From the human T2T-CHM13v2.0 reference genome, Homo sapiens: 64,000 nt of DNA. The first letter of the stretch is position 1, and each line of letters starts with the position of its first letter. Positions 1 through 11,900 of the stretch are shown piece after piece. The position numbers were made by a program, and so were the translations under genes. The notes under the pieces were generated by a model. The model searched no databases. It was not told the origin of the DNA and saw only the letters and a list, made by a program, of their open reading frames with translations. The stretch is taken from NCBI RefSeq assembly GCF_009914755.1, contig NC_060936.1, one strand, 5' to 3'.

Positions 1-329
1 AAGAAGGGCTCAAAGAGGTCCAAATATCCACTTGCACACCTTACAAACAGAGTATTTCCGAACTGCTCTATGAAAAGAAAATTTAAACTCTGTGAGTTGA
101 ATGCACACATCACAAAATAGTTTCTGAGAATGATTCTGTCTACCTTTTATACGAAGATAATTCCTTTCCTACCGTTGGCCTCAAATCGCTTGAAATCTCC
201 ACCTGCAAATTTAACAAAAAGAGTGTTTCACATCTTCTCCGTCTAAAGGATGGTTCACCTCTGTGAGTTGAATACATGCAACACAAAGAAGTTACTGAGG
301 ATTCTTCTTTCTAGCATTACATGAAAAAA

Positions 330-346
330 TCCCGTTTCCAACGAAG
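330..346 (-). promoter_or_regulatory. CENP-B box (intact; first complete one in window)
   Basis: tcccgtttccaacgaag = reverse complement of CTTCGTTGGAAACGGGA, with all core positions (TTCG....A..CGGG) present. Confidence 0.95.
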
Positions 347-1812
347 GCCTCAAATAGATCAAAATATCCACTTGCAGACATTACAAACAGAGTGTTTCCA
401 AACTGCTCTATGAAAAGAAAGATTAAACTCTGTGAGTTGAACGCACACATCACAAAGTAGTTTCAGAGAACGATTTTGTCTTGTTTTTATATGAAGATAT
501 TACCTTTTCTACCATTGGCCTCGAGGCGATTGAAATCTCCACCTGGGAAATCCACAAAAAGAATGTTTCAAATCTGCTTTATGTAAAGGAAGGTTCAACA
601 CTGTGAGTTGAAAGCACACAACACATATAAGGTACTGAGAATTCTTCTGTCTAACATTCAATGAAGAAATACCTTTTCCAACGAAGGCCAAAAAGAGGTC
701 CATATATCCACTTGCAGAATTTACAAAGAGAGGGTTTCCAAACTGCACAATCAAAGGAAAGGTTAAACTCTGTGAATTGAATGCACACATCACAAAGTAG
801 ATTCTCAGAATGATTCTGTATAGTTTTTGTACAAAGGTATTTCCTTTTCTGTTTTTGGCCTAAAAGCGCTAGAAATCTCCACGTGCAAATATCACAAAAA
901 AGAGTATTGCACATCTGCTCTCTCTAAAGGAAGTTTCAACTCTATGAGTTGAATACACACAACCCAAGGAAGTTATTAAGATTTATTCTGTCTAGCAGTA
1001 TATGAAGAAATCCCGTTTCCAAAGAAGGGCTCAAAGAGGTCCAAATATCCTCTTGCAGACTTTACAAACAGAGTGTTTCCAGACTGCTCTATGAAAAGAA
1101 AGGTTAAAATCTGTGAGTTGAACGCACACATCAAAAAGTAGTTTCTGAGAATGATTCTGTCAAGATTTTATACGAAGATACTTCCTTTTCTACCCTTGGC
1201 CTCAAAGCGCTTGAAATTTCCACCTGCAAATTCCACAAAATGAGTGTATCAAATCTCCTCTCTCTAAAGGAAGGTTTAAGTCTGTGAGTGGAATACACAC
1301 AACACAAAGCAGTTACTGAGAATTCTTCTTTCTAGCAGTATATGAAGAAATCCCGTTTCCAAAGAAGGCCTCAAAGAGGTCTAAATATCCACTTGCAGAC
1401 TTTGCAAACAGAGTGTTTCCAAACTGCTCTATGAAAAGAAAGGTTAAACTCTGTGATTTGAACGCACACATCACAAAGTAGTTTGTGAGAATGATTCTGT
1501 CTAGTTATCACACAAAAATATTTCCTTTTCTACCATTGGCCACAAAGCACGTGAAATCTCCACCTGCAAATTCAACAAAAAGAGTGTTTCACATCTGCTC
1601 GGTCTAAAGGTTGGTTCACTTCTGTGAGTTGAATACAGGCAACAGAAAGAAGTTACTGAGAATTCTTCTTTCTAGCATTATATGAAGAAATCCCGTTTCC
1701 AAAGAAGGCCTCAAAGAGGTATAAATATCCACTTGCAGACTTTACAAAGAGAGTTTTTCCAAACTGCTCTATGAAAAGAAAGGTTAAACTCTGCGAGTTG
1801 AACGCACACATC

Positions 1813-4800
1813 ACAAAGTAGTTTCTGAGAATGATTCTCTCTTGTTTTTCTACGAATATATGTCCTTTTCTACCACTGGCCTCAAAGCGATTGAAATCTG
1901 CACCTGGAAATTCCACAAAAAGAGTGTATCAAATCTGCTCTGTCAAAAGGAAGTTTCAATTCTGCTAGTTGAATAAACATAACACAAATAAGTTTCTGAG
2001 AATTCTTCTGTCTAACATTGTATGAAGAAATCCCGTTTCCAACGAAGGCCTAAAAGGTGGCCAAATATCCACTGGCAGACTTTACAAAGAGAGTGTTTCC
2101 AAACTGCTCAATCAAAAGACAGGTTAAACTCTGTGAATTGAACGCACACATCACAAATTAGTTTCTGAGAATGATTCTGTCTAGTTTTTATACGAAGATA
2201 CATCCTTTTCTATCTTTGGCATAGAAGAGCTTCAAATCTCCACTTGCAAATATCACAAAAAGAGTGTCTCACTTATGCTCTGTCTAAAGGAAGGTTCAAA
2301 TCTGTGAGTTGAATACAAACAACACAAGGAAGTTACTGAGAATTCTTCTGCTAGCATTATATGAAGAAATCCCGTTTCCAATGAAGGCCTCAAAGATTTC
2401 CAAATATCCACTTGCAAACTTTACAAAGACAGTGTTTCCAAATTGCTCAATCAAAAGAAAGGTTAAACTCTGCGAATTGAACGCACACATCACAAAGTAG
2501 TTTCTGAGAATGATTCTGTCTAGTTTTTATATGAAGATATTTCCTCTTCTACATGTGGCCTAAATGCGCTTGAAATCTCCATCTGCAAATATCACAGAAA
2601 GAGTGTTTCACATCTGCTCTGTCTAAAGGAATGTTCAACTCTGTGAGTTGAATACACACAACACAAAGAAGTTACAGAGAATTATTCTGTCTAGCATTAT
2701 ATGAAGAAATCCCGTTTCCAACGAAGGACTCAAAGAGGTCCATATATCTACTGGCAGAATTTACAAAGAGAGTGTTTCCAAACTGCTCAATCAAAAGAAA
2801 GGTTAAACTCTGTGAATTGAACGCACACATCACAAAGTAGTTTCTGAGAATGATTCTGTCTACTTTTTATACGAAGATATTTCCTTTTCTACTTTTGGCC
2901 TATAAGCGCTTGAAATCTCCAACTGTAAATATCACAGAAAGAGTGTTTCACATCTGCTCCGCCTAAAAGAAGGTTCAAATCTGTGAGTTGAATACACAGG
3001 ACACAAAGAAGTTACTGAGAATTCTTTGTCCAGCAGCGTATGAAGAAATCCCATTTCCAACGAAGGCCTCAAAGAGGTCCAATTTTCCACGTGCAGATAT
3101 TAAAAAGAGAGTGATTCTAAACAGCACTATGAAAAGAAAGGTTAAACTCTGTGAGTTGAACGCTCCCATGACAAAGTAGTTTCTCAGAATGATTCTGTCT
3201 AGATTTTATACGAAGATACTACCTTTTCTACACTTGGCCTGAAAGCTCTTGAAATCTCCACATGCAAATTCCACAAAAAGAGTGTATCAAATGTGCTCTC
3301 TCTAAAGGAAGGTTCAAGTCTGTGAGTGGAATACACACAACACAAAGAAGTTACTGAGAATTCTTCTGTCTAGCATTATATGAAGAAATCCCTTTTCTAA
3401 GGAAAGTCTCAAAGAGGTCCAAATATCCTCTTGCGGACTATCCAACCAGAGTGTTTCCACACTGCTGCATGAAAAGAAAGGTTAAACTCTGTGAGTTGAA
3501 CGCACACATCACAAAGTAGTTTCTGAGAATGATTCTCTCTTGTTTTTCTACGAATATATGTCCTTTTCTACCACTGGCCTCAAAGCGATTGAAATCTGCA
3601 CCTGGAAATTCCACAAAAAGAGTGTATCAAATCTGCTCTGTCAAAAGGAAGTTTCAATTCTGCTAGTTGAATAAACATAACACAAATAAGTTTCTGAGAA
3701 TTCTTCTGTCTAACATTATATGAAGAAATCCCGTTTTCAACGAAGGCCTCAAAGGTGGCCAAATATCCACTGGCAGACTTTACAAAGAGAGTGTTTCCAA
3801 AATGCTCAATCAAAAGAAAGGTTAAACTCTGTGAATTGAACGCACACATCACAAATTAGTTTCTGAGAATGATTCTGTCTAGTTTTTATACGAAGATACA
3901 TCCTTTTCTATCTTTGGCATAGAAGAGCTTCAAATCTCCACTTGCAAATATCACAAAAAGAGTGTCTCACTTATGCTCTGTCTAAAGGAAGGTTCAAATC
4001 TGTGAGTTGAATACAAACAACACAAGGAAGTTACTGAGAATTCTTCTGCTAGCATTATATGAAGAAATCCCGTTTCCAACGAAGGCCTCAAAGATTTCCA
4101 AATATCCACTTGCAAACTTTACAAAGACAGTGTTTCCAAATTGCTCAATCAAAAGAAAGGTTAAACTCTGCGAATCGAACGCACACATCACAAAGTATTT
4201 TCTGAGAATGATTCTGTCTAGTTTTTATACGAAGATATTTCCTCTTCTACATGTGGCCTAAATGCGCTTGAAATCTCCATCTGCAAATATCACAGAAAGA
4301 GTGTTTCACATCTGCTCTGTCTAAAGGAATGTTCAACTCTGTGAGTTGAATACACACAACACAAAGAAGTTACAGAGAATTATTCTGTCTAGCATTATAT
4401 GAAGAAATCCCGTTTCCAACGAAGGACTCAAAGAGGTCCATATATCTACTGGCAGAATTTACAAAGAGAGTGTTTCCAAACTGCTCAATCAAAAGAAAGG
4501 TTAAACTCTGTGAATTGAACGCACACATCACAAAGTAGTTTCTGAGAATGATTCTGTCTACTTTTTATACGAAGATATTTCCTTTTCTACTTTTGGCCTA
4601 TAAGCGCTTGAAATCTCCAACTGCAAATATCACAGAAAGAGTGTTTCACATCTGCTCCGCCTAAAAGAAGGTTCAAATCTGTGAGTTGAATACAAAGGAC
4701 ACAAAGAAGTTACTGAGAATTCTTTGTCCAGCAGCGTATGAAGAAATCCCATTTCCAACGAAGGCCTCAAAGAGGTCCAATTTTCCACGTGCAGATATTA

Positions 4801-5208
4801 AAAAGAGAGTGATTCTAAACAGCACTATGAAAAGAAAGGTTAAACTCTGTGAGTTGAACGCTCCCATGACAAAGTAGTTTCTCAGAATGATTCTGTCTAG
4901 ATTTTATACGAAGATACTACCTTTTCTACACTTGGCCTGAAAGCGCTTGAAATCTCCACATGCAAATTCCACAAAAAGAGTGTATCAAATGTGCTCTCTC
5001 TAAAGGAAGGTTCAAGTCTGTGAGTGGAATACACACAACACAAAGAAGTTACTGAGAATTCTTCTGTCTAGCATTATATGAAGAAATCCCTTTTCTAAGG
5101 AAAGTCTCAAAGAGGTCCAAATATCCTCTTGCGGACTATCCAACGAGAGTGTTTCCACACTGCTGCATGAAAAGAAAGGTTAAACTCTGTGAGTTGAATG
5201 CACACATC
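1813..5208. repeat. Tandem duplication of a 1,698-bp 10-monomer block (2 copies)
   Basis: ORF pairs 2296/3994 and 2975/4673 are offset by 1698. Shared private alleles: catccttttctatctttggcatagaagagc, caaagatttcc, cagcagcgtatg, ctcccatgac. Hybrid monomer junction at ~3493-3511. Confidence 0.92.
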
Positions 5209-8200
5209 AAAAAGTAGTTTCTGAGAATGATTCTGTCTACTTTTTATACGAAGATATTTCTTTTTCTACCATTGGCCTCAAAGAGATTGAAATTTCCACA
5301 TGGAAATTCCACAAAAAGAGTGTTTCAAATCTGCTCTGTCTAAAGGAAAGTTCAACTCTGTGAGTTGAATGCACACAACAGAAATAAGTTACTGAGAATT
5401 CTTCTGTCTAACATTATACGAAGAAATCACGTTTCCAACGAAGGACACAAAGAGGTCCATATATCCACTTGCAGAATTTACAAGGAGAGTGTCTCCAAAC
5501 TGCTCAATCAAAAGAAAGTTTAAATTCTGTGAATTGAACGCACCCATCACAAAGTAGTTTCTGAGAATGATTCTGTCTACTTTTTATATGAAGATATTTC
5601 CTTTTCTACTTTTGGCGTATAAGCGCTCGAAATCTCCAACTGCAAATATCACAAAAAGAGATTTTCACATCTGCTCCTTCTAAAAGAAGGTTCAACTCTG
5701 TGAGTTGAATACACAGAACACAAAGAAGTTACTGAGAATTCTTCTGTCTAACATTATATGAAGAAATCCCGTTTCCAACGAAGGCCTCAAAGAACTCCAA
5801 TTATCCACTTGCAGATATTACAAAGAGAGTGTTTCTAAACAGCTCTATGAAAAGAAAAGTTAAACTCTGTATGTTGAACGCACACATCAAAAAGTAGTTT
5901 CTCAGAATGATTCTGTCTAGATTTTATACGAAGATATTTCCTTTTCTACCCTTGGCCAGAAAGAGCTTGAAATCTCCGCATGCAAATTCCACAATAAGAG
6001 TGTGTCAAATGTGCTCTCTCTAAAGGAAGGTTCAAGTCTGTGAGTGGAATACACACAACACAAAGAAGTTACTGAGAATTCTTCTGTCTAGCATTATATG
6101 AAGAAATCCCTTTTCTAAGGAAAGTCTCAAAGAGGTCCAAATATCTTCTTGCAGACTTTGAAACAGAGTGTTTCCAAACTGCTGCATGAAAAGAAAGGTT
6201 AAACTCTGTGAATTGATTGCACACATCACAAAGTAGATTCTCAGAATGATTCTGTATAGTTTTTATACGAAGATATATCCTTTTCTATCTTTGGCCTAAA
6301 AGCTCTACAAATCTCCACGTGCAAATATCACAAAAAGAGTATTTCACATCTGCTCTGTTTAAAGGAAGTTTCAACTCTATGAGTTGAATACACACAACAC
6401 AAGGAAGTTATTAAGATTTATTCTGTCTAGCAGTATATGAAGAAATCCCGTTTCCAAAGAAGGCCTCAAAGAGGTCCAAATATCCTCTTGCAGACTTTAC
6501 AAACAGAGTGTTTCCAGGCTGCTCTATGGAAAGAAAGGTTAAAATCTGTGAGTTGAATGCACACATCAAAAAGTAGTTTCTGAGAATGATTCTGTCTAGA
6601 TTTTATACGAAGATACTTCCTTTTCTACCCTTGGCCTCAAAGCGCTTGAAATTTCCACCTGCAAATTCCACAAAATGAGTGTATCAAATCTCCTCTCTCT
6701 AAAGGAAGGTTTAAGTCTGTGAGTGGAATACACACAACACAAAGCAGTTACTGAGAATTCTTCTTTCTAGCAGTATATGAAGAAATCCCATTTCCAAAGA
6801 AGGCCTCAAAGAGGACTAAATATCCACTTGCAGACTTTGCAAAGAGTGTTTCCAAACTGCTCTATGAAAAGAAAGGTTAAACTCTGTGATTTGAACGCAC
6901 ACATCACAAAGTAGTTTGTGAGAATGATTCTGTCTAGTTATTATACAAAAAATATTTCCTTTTCTACCATTGGCTACAAACAACGTGAAATCTCCACCTG
7001 TAAATTCAACAAAAAGAGTGTTTCACATCTGCTCGGTCTAAAGGTTGGTTCACTTCTGTGAGTTGAATACAGGCACCACAAAGAAGTTACTGAGAATTCT
7101 TCTTTCTAGCATTATATGAAGAAATCCCGTTTCCAAAGAAGACCTCAAAGAGGTATAAATATCCACTTTCAGACTTTACAAAGAGAGTTTCTCCAAACTG
7201 CTCTATGAAAGGAAAGGTTAAACTCTGCGAGTTGAACGCACACATCACAAAGTAGTTTCTGAGAATGATTCTCTCTTGTTTTTCTACGAATATATGTCCT
7301 TTTCTACCATTGGCCTCAAAGCGATTGAAATCTGCACCTGGAAATTCCACAAAAGGAGTGTATCAAATCTGCTCTGTCAAAAGGAAGTTTCAATTCTGCT
7401 AGTTGAACAAATATAACACAAATAAGTTTCTGAGAATTCTTCTGTCTAACATTATATGAAGAAATCCCGTTTCCAACGAAGGCCTCAAAGGTGTCCAAAT
7501 ATCCACTGGCAAACTTTACAAAGAGAGTGTTTCCAAATTGCTCAATCAAAAGAAAGGTTAAACTCTGTGAATTGAACGCTCACATCACAAAGTAGTTGCT
7601 GAGAATGATTCTGTCTACGTTTTATACGAAGATATTTCCTTTTCTACTTTTGGCCTATAAGCGCTTAAAATCTCCAACTGCAAATATCACAGAAAGAGTG
7701 TTTCCCATCTGCTCCATTTAAAAGAAGGTTCAACTCTGTGAGTTGAATACACAGGACACAAAGAAGTTACTGAGAATTCTTTGTCCAGCAGTATATGAAG
7801 AAATCCCGTTTCCAACGAAGGCCTCAAAGAGGTCCAATTTTCCACGTGCAGATATTAAAAAGAGAGTGATTCTAAACAGCACTATGAAAAGAAAGGTTAA
7901 ACTCTGTGAGTTGAACGCTCACATGACAAAGTAGTTTCTCAGAATGATTCTGTCTAGATTTTATACGAAGATACTACCTTTTCTACCCTTGGCCTGAAAG
8001 CTCTTGAAATCTCCACATGCAAATTCCACAAAAAGAGTGTATCAAATGTGCTCTCTCTAAAGGAAGGTTCAAGTCTGTGAGTGGAATACACACAACACAA
8101 AGAAGTTACTGAGAATTCTTCTGTCTAGCATTATATGAAGAAATCCCTTTTCTAAGGAAAGTCTCGAAGAGGTCCAAATATCCTCTTGCGGACTATCCAA

Positions 8201-11200
8201 CCAGAGTGTTTCCACACTGCTGCATGAAAAGAAAGGTTAAACTCTGTGAGTTGAACGCACACATCAAAAAGTAGTTTCTGAGAATAATTCTGTCTACTTT
8301 TTATACGAAGATACTTCTTTTCCTACCATTGGCCTCAAAGCGATTGAAATTTCCACATGGAAATTCCACAAAAAGAGTGTTTCAAATCTGCTCTGTCTAA
8401 AGGGAAGTTCAACTCTGTGAGTTGAATGCACACAACAGAAATAAGTTACTTGAATTCTTCTGTCTAACATTATACGAAGAAATCACGTTTCCAACGAAGG
8501 ACACAAAGAGGTCCATATATCCACTTGCAGAATTTACAAGGAGAGTGTCTCCAAACTGCTCAATCAAAAGAAAGTTTAAACTCTGTGAATTGAACGCACC
8601 CATCACAAAGTAGTTTCTGAGAATGATTCTGTCTACTTTTTATACGAAGATATTTCCTTTTCTACTTTTGGCGTATAAGCGCTCGAAATCTCCAACTGCA
8701 AATATCACAAAAAGAGATTTTCACATCTGCTCCTTCTAAAAGAAGGTTCAACTCTGTGAGTTGAATACACAGAACACAAAGAAGTTACTTAGAATTCTTC
8801 TGTCTAACATTATATGAAGAAATACCGTTTCCAACGAAGGCCTCAAAGAACTCCAATTATCCACTTGCAGATATCACAAAGAGAGTGTTTCTAAACAGCT
8901 CTATGAAAAGAAAGGTTAAACTCTGTATGTTGAACGCACACATCAAAAAGTAGTTTCTCAGAATGATTCTGTCTAGATTTTATACGAAGATATTTCCTTT
9001 TCTACCCTTGGCCAGAAAGAGCTTGAAATCTCCGCATGCAAATTCCACAATAAGAGTGTGTCAAATGTGCTCTCTCTAAAGGAAGGTTCAAGTCTGTGAG
9101 TGGAATACACACAACACAAAGAAGTTACTGAGAATTCTTCTGTCTAGCATTATATGAAGAAATCCCTTTTCTAAGGAAAGTCTCAAAGAGGTCCAAATAT
9201 CTTCTTGCAGACTTTGAAACAGAGTGTTTCCAAACTGCTGCATGAAAAGAAAGGTTAAACTCTGTGAATTGATTGCACACATCACAAAGTAGATTCTCAG
9301 AATGATTCTGTATAGTTTTTATACGAAGATATATCCTTTTCTATCTTTGGCCTAAAAGGTCTACAAATCTCCACGTGCAAATATCACAAAAAGAGTATTT
9401 CACATCTGCTCTGTCTAAAGGAAGTTTCAAGTCTATGAGTTGAATACACACAACCCAAGGAAGTTATTAAGATTTATTCTGTCTAGCAGTATATGAAGAA
9501 ATCCCGTTTCCAACGAAGGCCTCAAAGAGGTCCAAATATCCTCTTGCAGACTTTACAAACAGAGTGTTTCCAGGCTGCTCTATGAAAAGAAAGGTTAAAA
9601 TCTGTGAGTTGAACGCACACATCAAAAAGTAGTTTCTGAGAATGATTCTGTCTAGATTTTATATGAAGATACTTCCTTTTCTACCCTTGGCCTCAAAGCG
9701 CTTGAAATTTCCACCTGCAAATTCCACAAAATGAGTGTATCAAATCTCCTCTCTCTAAAGGAAGGTTTAAGTCTGTGAGTGGAATACACACAACACAAAG
9801 CAGTTACTGAGAATTCTTCTTTCTAGCAGTATATGAAGAAATCCCGTTTCCAAAGAAGGCCTCAAAGAGGTCTAAATATCCACTTGCAGACTTTGCAAAG
9901 AGTGTTTCCAAACTGCTCTATGAAAAGAAAGGTTAAACTCTGTGATTTGAACGCACACATCACAAAGTAGTTTGTGAGAATGATTCTGTCTAGTTATTAT
10001 ACAAAATATATTTCCTTTTCTACCATTGGCCACAAACAACGTGAAATCTCCACCTGTAAATTCAACAAAAAGAGTGTTTCACATCTGCTCGGTCTAAAGG
10101 TTGGTTCACTTCTGTGAGTTGAATACAGGCACCACAAAGAAGTTACTGAGAATTCTTCTTTCTAGCATTATATGAAGAAATCCCGTTTCCAAAGAAGGCC
10201 TCAAAGAGGTATAAATATCCACTTGCAGACTTTACAAAGAGAGTTTTTCCAAACTGCTCTATGAAAAGAAAGGTTAAACTCTGCGAGTTGAACGCACACA
10301 TCACAAAGTAGTTTCTGAGAATGATTCTCTCTTGTTTTTCTACGAATATATGTCCTTTTCTACCACTGGCCTCAAAGCGATTGAAATCTGCACCTGGAAA
10401 TTCCACAAAAAGAGTGTATCAAATCTGCTCTGTCAAAAGGAAGTTTCAATTCTGCTAGTTGAATAAATATAACACAAATAAGTTTCTGAGAATTCTTCTG
10501 TCTAACATTATATGAAGAAATCCCGTTTCCAACGAAGGCCTCAAAGGTGTCCAAATATCCACTGGCAAACTTTACAAACAGAGTGTTTCCAAACTGCTCA
10601 ATCAAAAGAAAGGTTAAACTCTGTGAGTTGAACACACACATCACAAAGTAGTTTCTGAGAATGATTCTGTCTACTTTTTATACGAAGATATTTCCTTTTC
10701 TACTTTTGGCCTATAAGCGCTTGAAATCTCCAACTGCAAATGTCACAGAAAGAGTGTTTCACATCTGCTCCGCCTAAAAGAAGTTTCAAACCTGTGAATT
10801 GAATACACAGGACACAAAGAAGTTACTGAGAATTCTTTCTCCAACATTATATGAAGAAATCCCGTTTCCAACGAAGGCCTCAAAGAGGTCCAATTTTCCA
10901 CGTGCAGATATTAAAAAGAGAGTGTTTCTAAACAGCACTATGAAAAGAAAGGTTAAACTCTGTGAGTTGAATGCACACGTCACAAAGTAGTTTCTCAGAA
11001 TGATCCTGTCTAGATTTTATACGAAGATACTACCTTTTCTACCCTTGGCCTGAAAGCGCTTGAAATCTCCTCGTGCAATTTCCACAAAAAGAGTGTATCA
11101 AATGTGCTCTCTCTAAAGGAAGGTTCAAGTCTGTGAGTGGAATACACACAACACAAAGAAGTTACTGAGAATTCTTCTGTCTAGCATTATATGAAGAAAT

Positions 11201-11900
11201 CCCTTTTCTAAGGAAAGTCTCGAAGAGGTCCAAATATCCTCTTGCGGACTATCCAACCAGAGTGTTTCCACACTGCTGCATGAAAAGAAAGGTTAAACTC
11301 TGTGAGTTGAACGCACACATCAAAAAGTAGTTTCTGAGAATGATTCTGTCTAATTTTTATACGTAGATATTTCTTTTTCTACCATTGGCCTCAAAGCGAT
11401 TGAAATTTCCACATGGAAATTCCACAAAAAGAGTGTTTCAAATCTGCTCTGTCTAAAGGAAAGTTCAACTCTGTGAGTTGAATGCACACAACAGAAATAA
11501 GTTACTGAGAATTCTTCTGTCTAACATTATACGAAGAAATCACGTTTCCAACGAAGGACACAAAGAGGTCCATATATCCACTTGCAGAATTTACAAGGAG
11601 AGTGTCTCCAAACTGCTCAATCAAAAGAAAGTTTAAACTCTGTGAATTGAACGCACCCATCACAAAGTAGTTTCTGAGAATGATTCTGTCTACTTTTTAT
11701 ACGAAGATATTTCCTTTTCTACTTTTGGCGTATAAGTGCTCGAAATCTCCAACTGCAAATATCACAGAAAGAGATTTTCACATCTGCTCCTTCTAAAAGA
11801 AGGTTCAACTCTGTGAGTTGAATACACAGAACACAAAGAAGTTACTGAGAATTCTTCTGTCTAACATTATATGAAGAAATCCCGTTTCCAACGAAGGCCT
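5087..11900. repeat. About 2.2 tandem copies of the 18-mer (3,056-bp) HOR
   Basis: Dimer order I-J-K-A-B-C-D-(E/G)-H runs over 5087-8143 and 8144-11199, then I-J before a jump at ~11880. Confidence 0.88.
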
